Assembly: GCA_902826215.1 (NCBI GenBank)
Contig: CADEDY010000009.1
Coordinates: 52,304 to 116,303, forward strand
DNA length: 64,000 nt
Direction of reading: 5' to 3'
Source of the DNA: an uncultured Bacteroidota bacterium
GTDB taxonomy: Bacteria > Bacteroidota > Bacteroidia > Flavobacteriales_F > PHOS-HE28
The notes beneath the pieces were generated by a model. That model searched no databases. It was not told the DNA's origin and saw only the letters and a list, made by a program, of their open reading frames with translations. The position numbers and the translations under genes are program-made. Positions 1 through 8,234 of this stretch are shown here, piece after piece (the first letter of the stretch is position 1; every line of letters starts with the position of its first letter).

Positions 1-475
1 GACGCATCCATTGGAAGTTACCGTCCAGGTCGTACTTGACCAGGAAGGCATGCAGGCTGTTGCCGTTGTAGGTGAACGAATCGGTGCCGAAGTACACCGT
101 GGGATTCGCGAACTGGGTGCGCATAAGGCCGCAGGCGTATACCGCGTTATCGGCCGTCGAGACTTTCACTGCGGTCTCCTGGATGTCCACGAAGCCCGGC
201 CCACCGAAGGTGCGTACCCATTGCACCGCGCCTGACATGTCGTACTTCGCTATGCACCCATCCTGGTGCGCCTGCACGGGAAGTCCCGAGAACTGGCTGT
301 CGATGGTGAGGTGGCCGAGCACGTATGAGTTGCCGTCCGTGTCCACATCCACGGCTTGGCCGTGCTCGCTGGCGGAGAACGGTGTGGAGCCCGCATCGCG
401 CATCCATGCAATGGATTGGGCGTTAGACCGGGAGATGAGGAAGGGAATTGCGAGAGCGAGGAAAGTGGGTCTCAT
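1..475 (-). CDS. Secreted beta-propeller (SBBP-like) repeat protein, partial; 3' end lies beyond the left edge of the window
   Basis: This gene is not in the ORF track because no stop falls inside the window. The reverse-complement translation from the ATG at 475-473 gives MRPTFLALAIPFLISRSNAQ, a signal peptide, followed by repeats of the form D-x-D-G-N...Y...G and YDLDGNFQWMR. Third codon positions are GC-rich in this frame. The listed plus-strand ORFs 11-235 and 72-599 are shadows of this gene. Confidence 0.6.
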   Translation of the reverse strand, partial: MRPTFLALAIPFLISRSNAQSIAWMRDAGSTPFSASEHGQAVDVDTDGNSYVLGHLTIDSQFSGLPVQAHQDGCIAKYDMSGAVQWVRTFGGPGFVDIQETAVKVSTADNAVYACGLMRTQFANPTVYFGTDSFTYNGNSLHAFLVKYDLDGNFQWMR

Positions 476-479
476 GGTT

Positions 480-2078
480 TCAATGTTGGACCGTGAACCG
501 CGTGGTGTGGACCTCACTACCATTATCGGTCCGGACGAAGTAGACACCTTCGTTCCATCGCCCGACATCGATCGCCTGGGGCGACCGGGTCGCGAATAGG
601 CGTTCACCTAGGGCGCTGAACACCTCGATGGATGTGCCGGGATCGATGTCTCTGATGTTCAGACGGGACGCAACCGGGTTCGGGAACACGATGGGGCCAC
701 CCTTCCCCGCAGGATCCTCTTCCATCCCCACCGCATTCCCGAATTGTACCGTTACATAGCGCGAGTCGGTCGTGCTCGTGTATGAGGTTCCGCTCACCAC
801 CACATCGCCGTATGGGTTCACCCCGATCGCATTGAACCGGTCGTCCATGCTTGATCCACCATCATAGGGTATGCTCCATTCCAACGTTCCCGAAGGAGCG
901 TACTTCAACACCACGGCATCGGTGGTGGTATTGCCCGGCGCTACCATGTATCCACTGATGAAGATGTTGTCGTTCGCATCGATCGTCATGGCCGTCGGCC
1001 AGGCCCCAAGACCGGAAGGGCCTTCGTAGTGCATGGTCCAGAGCACAGTGCCATCGTCGATGAGCAGGGTGGTGATGGAATGGCGCAAACTGCCGCTCAC
1101 CAGCTCGCGGCTGTGGATGACGGCAACGATCTTCCCATCGCTCAACTCACGCACGTCCACCGCGTCGTCATCCACGTTGCCGCTGCCGGCGTACAGCACG
1201 TTCCAGAGTTCCGCACCCGAGGCATTGCGCGCCACCACCACGGCATCGGTTGTTGTTGTCGTGGCACTGCCACAGGCGATCACACCATCGTTTGCCGTAG
1301 CAATGATGCGAGCCAGCTTGTCGGTCCAGCCGCTCACCTCAAATCCTTCATCCCACAGGCGCGTGCCATCAGCGGTGAACCGCACAGTGCCCATATCGAT
1401 ACCGCCACCGCCGCCCAGGTTCCACCAGTCGCCGCCCACGTAGATGTTCCCCGACGGCGATATGGCCACATCGCGCGCCACATCGTCCGAACTGCTCAGA
1501 GAGAAGGCGTCGTGCCACAGCTCGGTCCCTGCCGAATCCACCTTCAAAGTGTAACTGTCGAGGCCCATGCCAGCCGTGCTCGTGATGTATCCCGCCACAT
1601 ACGCATGGCCTTGCGCATCCACGACGATGCCCAAGGCCTGGTCGTATACATCGGCCATCGGGTATTGCTCATAGTTCTCCCGCCAGATCCTGCCGCCGCT
1701 GTTGTACTTGATCACCGCGAGATCTCCACCGCTGGCAGAGAAGTCGCCGCAGACGAACACGTTCCCCCAGGGATCCAGCGCCATGTCGGTGCCCTTGTTC
1801 GGAGTGTCCTGCGAAGGCCCGTACACATGGTCTGCCCAGAGCTGTGCTCCTGCTGCAGAATAGCGGATGGTCGTGATGGTGCCCTGCGGTGCGAGGTTCG
1901 TACTGGCTCCGGTCACGTAGATGCTGTTGTCCGGTGCGATGACCAGAGCGTTGGCTTCGTCTGTTCCCGGCAGCGATCCGTTGAAGAACGCTTCCCATGC
2001 CATTGCGGGTGGCTGCGCATGTGCGATCAGGTTGAGGACGACCAATGCGGCGAAGAGCAGGGGGTATCGGTGCTTCAT
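480..2078 (-). CDS. T9SS type A sorting-domain protein with SBBP-like beta-propeller repeats
   Basis: The N-terminus has a signal peptide, MKHRYPLLFAALVVLNLIAHAQ. The body carries repeated YVTG/YVAG...D..G-containing units. The C-terminal roughly 80 aa (PIVFPNPVASRLNIRDIDPGTSIEVFSALGERLF...GVYFVRT...) match the Por secretion tail pattern. The gene lies 4 nt downstream of the partial paralog on the same strand. Confidence 0.75.
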   Translation of the reverse strand: MKHRYPLLFAALVVLNLIAHAQPPAMAWEAFFNGSLPGTDEANALVIAPDNSIYVTGASTNLAPQGTITTIRYSAAGAQLWADHVYGPSQDTPNKGTDMALDPWGNVFVCGDFSASGGDLAVIKYNSGGRIWRENYEQYPMADVYDQALGIVVDAQGHAYVAGYITSTAGMGLDSYTLKVDSAGTELWHDAFSLSSSDDVARDVAISPSGNIYVGGDWWNLGGGGGIDMGTVRFTADGTRLWDEGFEVSGWTDKLARIIATANDGVIACGSATTTTTDAVVVARNASGAELWNVLYAGSGNVDDDAVDVRELSDGKIVAVIHSRELVSGSLRHSITTLLIDDGTVLWTMHYEGPSGLGAWPTAMTIDANDNIFISGYMVAPGNTTTDAVVLKYAPSGTLEWSIPYDGGSSMDDRFNAIGVNPYGDVVVSGTSYTSTTDSRYVTVQFGNAVGMEEDPAGKGGPIVFPNPVASRLNIRDIDPGTSIEVFSALGERLFATRSPQAIDVGRWNEGVYFVRTDNGSEVHTTRFTVQH

Positions 2079-2079
2079 G

Positions 2080-3702
2080 TCAATGCTGGTTGTTCAGTAC
2101 GGTAAGGTGCCCCGTGAGTGGATCCTGCTGCCCATCGACACGGACCTCGTAGTAGTAGGTACCATCGCTCACCCCGCCGGCCATCCAATCGTTGCGGTAG
2201 TTGACCGCCTCGAAGACCACTTGTCCCCAACGGTTGTAGATGCTGACGTGGTTGCTCTGGTACTCGATACCGACGATCACGAACGCGTCGTTCGAACCAT
2301 CGTTGTTCGGTGTGATCACGTTCGGCACCACGACTCCGCAGGGTGCCGTAACCGACACACTTGTGGTCGCTTGCACCCCGCAATCATCCGTAACGGTCAC
2401 GGTGTACAAGGCAGCATGGTCGGGAACGATGATGAAGGATTGCTCCGATCCCGTGTTCCACGCATAGCTCAGTGTGCCAGTACCACCCGTCGCGATGACT
2501 TCGAGATCGATGGATGCCCCGCTGCAATCGGAGACCGCATCAACCGACTCAAGCACAATGGGCGGCGCATCGGTGATGGTGACGCTCGCGCAAGCAGCCG
2601 CGCTCCCTCCGCACCCCCCGGGGATCGTGGCGCATATGGTAAGCACCTCCGGTCCTTCGGTCTCTCCGTCCGCCAAGAAGGAGATGGGGAAGCTCACGCT
2701 CATCTGTCCTTCGGCGAACGACACGCTAGTTGGTACGCCGCTCACATCCGCAGGCGCGAACGCATCACCGCTGATCTGGATGGGCACCGAGATGGCACCA
2801 GTGCTTCCGCTGCGTGTAAGCGTCACCGTCGCCTCATCGCACCCCTCCAATACGTTTGCGCCGCCCGTGGACGTGGTGATGGTGAGGTCCGCACCACTCG
2901 TGGATGTGAAACTGCCGCCGAGGATGAAGACACCGCTGTCCCAATTGGGATCGCCCACATCGCCGATGGCCAGCTTGATGTGGTAGGTCTGTCCGCACTG
3001 CACCTGCGCGCGTGCGCTCAGCCCGCGCGTGAAACCATCGAACTGTATGTAATAGTTGCTGTTGACGTACGGCGCGCTGAAGCCGTTGCCGTTGTCCTGG
3101 TAGTACAGCGCATTGCTCCCCGGGTGCACGGAGTTCACGCTCACATAGCTGAACGTGCCAGGCACCACGGCTAGGTTCACCGCATCGTTGTCGAAGGGCC
3201 CGAAGATGCCGGGGCCGCTAAGAAAGAAGCCGAAGGCGTCGTTGTACCCGGCGTTCACGTACTCCAGGTACTCTTCACTGGCGAAGGTGTACTCGAAGGA
3301 GATCGAGTCGCCGCTGGGAACGAAGTCGAATTCGATGATGGCGTTGTCCATGCACCAGTCACCGGCCACGTTGTTGAGGTCCTCGTCCCAGAGATCGTCA
3401 GTGAAGAGTTCAGAGAACCCGCTGCCGGTGTTGTTGGGGCCGAGGGCGACGTCGATACCTCCGGTGCACATCAGTAGTCCGCTGTCCAATTGCAGCACGC
3501 AGTCCGCGCCATCGAAACGCCCAACCTGGACGTTCGGTGAAGTGGCGGGCAGCCCATTGAAGGTGACGTTGCTCACCGTGACCCCGGGGCCGAGCAGCGT
3601 GTTCTGGACCACCTGTTCCGGGCTGAGGTTGCCGCTCAGCACCAATTGTGCGCGGCCGAGGATGGCGGCGCACAGTGAGACGACAAGGAGCATCAGGCGC
3701 AT
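2080..3702 (-). CDS. T9SS type B (gliding-motility-associated C-terminal domain) cell-surface protein, adhesin-like
   Basis: The N-terminus has a signal peptide, MRLMLLVVSLCAAILGRAQ. The N-terminal domain resembles a choice-of-anchor-type domain. The middle region looks Calx-beta/Ig-like. The C-terminus (CGVVVPNVITPNNDGSNDAFVIV...YNRWGQVVFEAVNYRNDW...GTYYYEVRV) is the characteristic type B / CHU_C sorting domain. There is a 1 nt gap to the upstream gene. Confidence 0.75.
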   Translation of the reverse strand: MRLMLLVVSLCAAILGRAQLVLSGNLSPEQVVQNTLLGPGVTVSNVTFNGLPATSPNVQVGRFDGADCVLQLDSGLLMCTGGIDVALGPNNTGSGFSELFTDDLWDEDLNNVAGDWCMDNAIIEFDFVPSGDSISFEYTFASEEYLEYVNAGYNDAFGFFLSGPGIFGPFDNDAVNLAVVPGTFSYVSVNSVHPGSNALYYQDNGNGFSAPYVNSNYYIQFDGFTRGLSARAQVQCGQTYHIKLAIGDVGDPNWDSGVFILGGSFTSTSGADLTITTSTGGANVLEGCDEATVTLTRSGSTGAISVPIQISGDAFAPADVSGVPTSVSFAEGQMSVSFPISFLADGETEGPEVLTICATIPGGCGGSAAACASVTITDAPPIVLESVDAVSDCSGASIDLEVIATGGTGTLSYAWNTGSEQSFIIVPDHAALYTVTVTDDCGVQATTSVSVTAPCGVVVPNVITPNNDGSNDAFVIVGIEYQSNHVSIYNRWGQVVFEAVNYRNDWMAGGVSDGTYYYEVRVDGQQDPLTGHLTVLNNQH

Positions 3703-4307
3703 GGTGGTGTTCTTCGAGAACGAAATTCACTGGATACCACAGGTCTACACCCTCCATGCTGCCGGGGCGGACAACGCCTGTGACGAATCGGGCAATACGA
3801 GGGAAGAACTGTTCGTCAAGGGGCGGATCGCACGCAACGTCCGCATTGGCTCCGGCAGCGTGGCCGGTATCCGTCGACACGCGCCGTGCATTCGGTGTGC
3901 GCGATTCCATTGCACCCGATGCTCGAAGCTCGTGCTCTTCGACATGTGATGGTCACGCCCAGTCCACTATACGTTGCTCTGATCTCGATGGGACATCAAG
4001 GTGTATCACAATAGTAATACCAGCGCATCGGTATCCCTGCGATGCGATAGGTCGGGCACGCGGTACTGGTCGCGAGGTCGCCGCGATCGGTCAGATCTTC
4101 GACCTCGCTAAGCCAGTTGATGAACATCCTTGGCTGTGATATCATGTTCATGAAGCGGTTGGCATAAGACAATCTGACGGAGCACGAACTGATGAAGTGG
4201 TCGAACGAGTACTTCGAGCTGATTTGAATCGTGCCAATGGCCACGTCGCGTCCACCTTGCAGCATCGTTTGGTGGAGGACCTTGGGTTGCTACGAACGCG
4301 TTGAATA

Positions 4308-6401
4308 TTACATCCGTACCATCACTTTCACCTGTGATCTTCTGCCGATCGTAAGTCGAATGAGATAGGGTGCCGCAGGCAACTTGCGCAGATCCAATTT
4401 TTGCACCACCTGCCCGCTATACTGGCTCGTCCAGGATGCGGTATGTAGCACGCGGCCGATGGCATCACACACTTCCATCGTGTGCAGTTCACCGAGTTCC
4501 GCGAAGTAGGAAATGTTCACCTCATCAGCGAACGGATTTGGCCAGATACTCAACGAATCGATCGGATCGGACGGCATACCGGGGCGCGCACAGCCATTCA
4601 CCAAAGCCGGTAGATGCTCATCCATCCATAAGGCGCGCGCCAAGATCCAATCCTTCACCTCCTCCACTTCACCCGCCCAAGTGCCCGGTGCGGGCGAAGG
4701 TTCGGGCCAGATCGCACGTCCGAGTGTTGGCCAGCGCTGGAAGTTGACTTCCTGTGCTGCCGCAATGGATGATGCAATGCTATCCACAATGGCCAGCAAA
4801 GCCTGCGTGGCGAGCACGTCGTTGCGCAGCTCGTCCCATCGACACCGCAGGCTATCGCGGTAGGAGACATCCTCAAGGAGCCTGGCCCACCAGAATGGTA
4901 CCTGCCTTCGGTCCTCCGGACAGGAGAAGCCGAATTCATAGGCCCATCCGGTCATATCGGTGGCACCGCAGAAATCTGCGTGGCCCCACGCGAGGTCCAT
5001 GTCCCAGAGCGGGCCAGCAAGCAGTTTCCCACCGTCCGCAGCGGCTTGTTTGTGCAGGAAGGCGCTGCGCCGGTAGCCATCCACGTTGCGGCCGAGCTCG
5101 GTGATGATGAAGTAGTCGATGAACGAGCGCATATCGATGTAGCGCTTGTAGCCGATGGCAGGATCCGTAAAGGTCGATGCGGCAAGTCCGTCTTCGAATT
5201 GGTCCATGAAGTCCTCGATGAAGTCGGCTTGCGCAGCATGCGGCGCCGAGGGGTACTCGAAAAGGAACCTGATCTCTTGGTCGCTGCTGGCATGCGGTGG
5301 CGGATGGCCGGAGATCCAGTGCGGAACGGGTGGTCGGTCCTGCCGGTCGATCTTCACGATGTAGCCGCCGCTCACCCCGGGCATCAACGTGTCACCATAG
5401 TTCAGCTTCGCGATGTCCACACGTTCGGTGCCGCGCTTGATCTTCTCGGTGAGCACGTACACACCTTGGTGTTCGCCATTGAGGACCAGGTCCACATGGC
5501 GGGTGCGCGGAGCGTATTGCCCCATGCGCCGGGCCAATTCGTAGCTGAACGCATTCCGCACAGCAGACTTGTCGAGGTAAACGGCATCGAGCACCCAGTC
5601 ACTCTCGGCAGGCATGCCCAGCAATGGTGCGTTGAGGTCCTCGCCAAGTGGATCGCGCAGTTCAATGGAATACGGTCGTTTCGGCTGATCCTGTGAACTA
5701 TGGCCGCGCCGCTCGATACCCACCGCACCGTGATAAACGTTCGCTTCGTCACTGACGTGATTGAGCATCCCCGGACCGTTGTCGATGATGCGCAAGCTCC
5801 CGGTCACCTTGCCGGTGTCGGGCACATGTGCTTGCGGCGTCTTGATCTCCACGAGTGGAAGCGTACTGCTGGTGAAGGGTTGATAGGTGGCAGGTGCATC
5901 ACCAAGGCGAATGGTCCAGTTCAATACGGCGCCACTGTCCGCGTACGGATCGGTGTCTTCCACCCGCAACCACCAGGTACCAGCAGCGAGCTGACCGTTG
6001 TTCATGCGGCCCAACTGACCGATGGAGGTGTGCGGTCCGGTGAACGGCGGTTCTCCGAACGGCACCCACGTCGCAGCCTCCGCCCGAAGGCATGTGTTCG
6101 TGAAGTGATCGGTATCATATCCCACCGCCGTGATCAACTGCACGGCTGTGCTGTCGGGTGCCACGAGCCAGATGTCGAGATCGCCGATCCACGTGTGTTC
6201 AACCGAAAGGCAGACTTCTTCAAGACCGAAGTTCACCGTGTCCATGGTGCCGGCATCCGTCGCGGCCACTTCGAGGGGGAACCACCCCAATGCACCGTTC
6301 CAGGGGATCGGTCCGCCAGCGCCTAGGTAGGTCTGTGCGCGTGTAGTGGTGGCACTGCTGATCGCAACAAGGATCGGGAACCAATGGCGTGCGCAGAACA
6401 T
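4308..6401 (-). CDS. CotH-kinase-family protein with a proprotein-convertase P-domain and a T9SS type A C-terminal sorting domain
   Basis: The N-terminus has a signal peptide. A P-domain-like segment is present (EHTWIGDLDIWLVAPDSTAVQL...GTWWLRVEDTDPYADSGAVLNWTIRLG). The central region is CotH-like (VLDAVYLDKSAVRNAFSYELARRMGQYAPRTRHVDLVLNGEHQGVYVLTEKIKRG...GGYIVKIDR). The C-terminus has a Por_Secre_tail (LSIWPNPFADEVNISYF...PYLIRLTIG...VKVMV). Its start lies 3 nt after the GT2 stop. Confidence 0.7.
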   Translation of the reverse strand: MFCARHWFPILVAISSATTTRAQTYLGAGGPIPWNGALGWFPLEVAATDAGTMDTVNFGLEEVCLSVEHTWIGDLDIWLVAPDSTAVQLITAVGYDTDHFTNTCLRAEAATWVPFGEPPFTGPHTSIGQLGRMNNGQLAAGTWWLRVEDTDPYADSGAVLNWTIRLGDAPATYQPFTSSTLPLVEIKTPQAHVPDTGKVTGSLRIIDNGPGMLNHVSDEANVYHGAVGIERRGHSSQDQPKRPYSIELRDPLGEDLNAPLLGMPAESDWVLDAVYLDKSAVRNAFSYELARRMGQYAPRTRHVDLVLNGEHQGVYVLTEKIKRGTERVDIAKLNYGDTLMPGVSGGYIVKIDRQDRPPVPHWISGHPPPHASSDQEIRFLFEYPSAPHAAQADFIEDFMDQFEDGLAASTFTDPAIGYKRYIDMRSFIDYFIITELGRNVDGYRRSAFLHKQAAADGGKLLAGPLWDMDLAWGHADFCGATDMTGWAYEFGFSCPEDRRQVPFWWARLLEDVSYRDSLRCRWDELRNDVLATQALLAIVDSIASSIAAAQEVNFQRWPTLGRAIWPEPSPAPGTWAGEVEEVKDWILARALWMDEHLPALVNGCARPGMPSDPIDSLSIWPNPFADEVNISYFAELGELHTMEVCDAIGRVLHTASWTSQYSGQVVQKLDLRKLPAAPYLIRLTIGRRSQVKVMVRM

Positions 6402-6404
6402 GGT

Positions 6405-8225
6405 TCAGAAGTGGAAGCCGTAACCGAAGAAGGTGCTTTGCATGCCGAAGAGGCTGAGCGAACCGAGTGCAAGCCCGAAGACCACAAGTAGGAAGATGAC
6501 ATAGCGGCCGATGCGCATCGCCATGTTGTCCCAGCCGAGCAAGCGCATGGTGGGCAACATGAGGAAGGCGAGGCACAGGCCCATGAACGATGGTTGGAAC
6601 GAAACGGCAGCCAGGTACGCGAAGCCCAAGCCGATGCACATTTCGATGAGGATCACCGCAGCACTGTCCGGATGGCTGCGGTCGATGAAACGCCTCCACC
6701 CGGCCTTGATGCCGCCGTTGGTGGTGGTGCGCTGGCGAGCACCCACGTCGCCCGTAACGAGGAACTGTGCCTTTCCGCTGAACAGGTAGGCCGCCACGCC
6801 GATGCTGCTCAGCGTCCCTAGCGCCGCGTACAAGGCCGTGCTCTGCGCAAGGAATTTCACAAGACGCAACGGGCGGCTCGCCAGCCCGATGATGAAGCAT
6901 AGGATAGGCGCGATGAGCGTGAGCAGCGTGATCAGGAAGAAATCGACGCTGTAGAGCGCGTTGAACGCGTTGAAGAGGCCCACGGTGTGGAAGGTGGTGG
7001 CGGTGCTCCCGAGCTCGAAAGTCACCACACGGTCCACACCGAAGTAGTAGGGCAGCGCGAGGTTGGCGTTCAACATGAACAGAAAGTAGAGCAAGGTGAG
7101 CGGTAGGTTGAGCGTTGGGAAGAGGATGTCGAGCTTTTCCGTGCGCGTGATGTTCTTGGAATCGATCAGCTCGCGGCCCATGCGATGAAGGAATTCGCAG
7201 GTACCGCGGGTCCATTTCATATGCCGGATGCGAAAGGCACGCACCGTTTCAGGGAACTGTTCGAAGCAGGTGACATCGGACACGAAGCGCCCACGGTAGC
7301 CCAGCTCCCTCGCCCGGATGGCGAAGCCGAGGTCCTCGCTCACGATCTCAGGAAAACCGCCGATCGCCTCCCAGGCCTTGTGCCGCAAGAGGGCACCGTG
7401 GCCGAGGAACATCACGAAACCATAGTCGTTGCGCAGCGGTTGGTACCATTCCCAATGCAGGTCGATACCGATCCCCATGTCGCGGGCGAGTTTGGTGGGT
7501 GCCTCCGGATCGGCCTTGTGGTTCGCCTGTGTGAAGCCGCAATGTGGGTCGGCTTCCATGATGGGTACGAGCTTGCTGAGGAAGTCGCGCGGCAGGATCT
7601 CGTCCGCATCGGCGATGGCGAAGTACTTCTCCCGCACCACCGTGGCCAGTGCGTGGTTCAAATTCCCGGCCTTGAAGGCGCGCCGGTCGATGCGGCGCAC
7701 GACACGCACTTGCGCAGCGTGCTTGGCGGCGAAGGCGTCCACACGCGCTTTGCATGCCGGATCACTGCTATCATCAAGGATATAGACCAGGTACGCCGGA
7801 TAGTCCTGTTCCACACAGCTCTGCAAGCTGCGTTCGCTGATGTCGTTGCAGGTGGTGTATAGGATCGCGACAGCTTCCTGGCACGTGGGAGCGAGCGCTG
7901 CGGTGGCGCGAATGCCGGCGATGTTGTCGCGCCGGGTGCGACGGTACCACCAGGCGAAACCCACGACGCACAGGTTGTAAATGCCGTACAGCCAAGCGAA
8001 ACAGATGAAGCCTGTGTAGAAGAGGAGCACCAGACGCATCGGCCAGTCGTAGCCGTAGTTGGTGAGGTGGAGCAGGCGCGGACCGAACCAGAGGAGCGAT
8101 AGGCCCCAGACGGAGAACACAGTAATGAAGAGATGGGGTTTCGGTCCTGCGGTGCGTGCTGTTATCTCGGTGTTCGCCGGGGCCAGTGTTGCTTCCGCGG
8201 TGAGGTCTTGTAAATGGTGTCGCAT
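6405..8225 (-). CDS. Polytopic family-2 processive beta-glycosyltransferase (synthase-type GT2)
   Basis: The catalytic core carries DDSSD, DAD and a Q/RxxRW-like motif (FRIRHMKWTRG). It is flanked by two N-terminal and at least four C-terminal transmembrane helices. No PilZ domain is present. Confidence 0.75.
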   Translation of the reverse strand: MRHHLQDLTAEATLAPANTEITARTAGPKPHLFITVFSVWGLSLLWFGPRLLHLTNYGYDWPMRLVLLFYTGFICFAWLYGIYNLCVVGFAWWYRRTRRDNIAGIRATAALAPTCQEAVAILYTTCNDISERSLQSCVEQDYPAYLVYILDDSSDPACKARVDAFAAKHAAQVRVVRRIDRRAFKAGNLNHALATVVREKYFAIADADEILPRDFLSKLVPIMEADPHCGFTQANHKADPEAPTKLARDMGIGIDLHWEWYQPLRNDYGFVMFLGHGALLRHKAWEAIGGFPEIVSEDLGFAIRARELGYRGRFVSDVTCFEQFPETVRAFRIRHMKWTRGTCEFLHRMGRELIDSKNITRTEKLDILFPTLNLPLTLLYFLFMLNANLALPYYFGVDRVVTFELGSTATTFHTVGLFNAFNALYSVDFFLITLLTLIAPILCFIIGLASRPLRLVKFLAQSTALYAALGTLSSIGVAAYLFSGKAQFLVTGDVGARQRTTTNGGIKAGWRRFIDRSHPDSAAVILIEMCIGLGFAYLAAVSFQPSFMGLCLAFLMLPTMRLLGWDNMAMRIGRYVIFLLVVFGLALGSLSLFGMQSTFFGYGFHF

Positions 8226-8234
8226 GGCCCGGGA

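Noticed and set aside
11-599. Track ORFs 11-235(+) and 72-599(+) at the left edge
   Set aside because: The minus strand here encodes a convincing signal-peptide/SBBP-repeat protein with GC3-rich codons (start 475-473). The plus-strand ORFs are its shadows.
1029-3174. Long plus-strand ORFs (1029-2105, 1921-3174, 2474-2986) overlapping the minus-strand T9SS genes
   Set aside because: They are antisense shadow ORFs typical of high-GC DNA. Their translations are Arg/Ala/Gly/His-rich low-complexity, they lack motifs, and they are fully contained in well-supported genes on the other strand. The same applies to 15741-16808(-), 31203-32213(-), 43202-44203(-), 51384-52532(+), 62904-63989(-) and many others in the track.
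3648-4139. Plus-strand ORF 3648-4139 (163 aa) in the AT-richer spacer
   Set aside because: The translation is Arg/Ser/Thr-rich with no motif, it overlaps the 5' end of the minus-strand T9SS gene, and it is most likely spurious.
6405-8225. Calling the GT2 a cellulose synthase BcsA
   Set aside because: There is no C-terminal PilZ domain and no BcsB-like gene. The partner is a TPR/barrel protein only, so a generic synthase-type GT2 call is safer.
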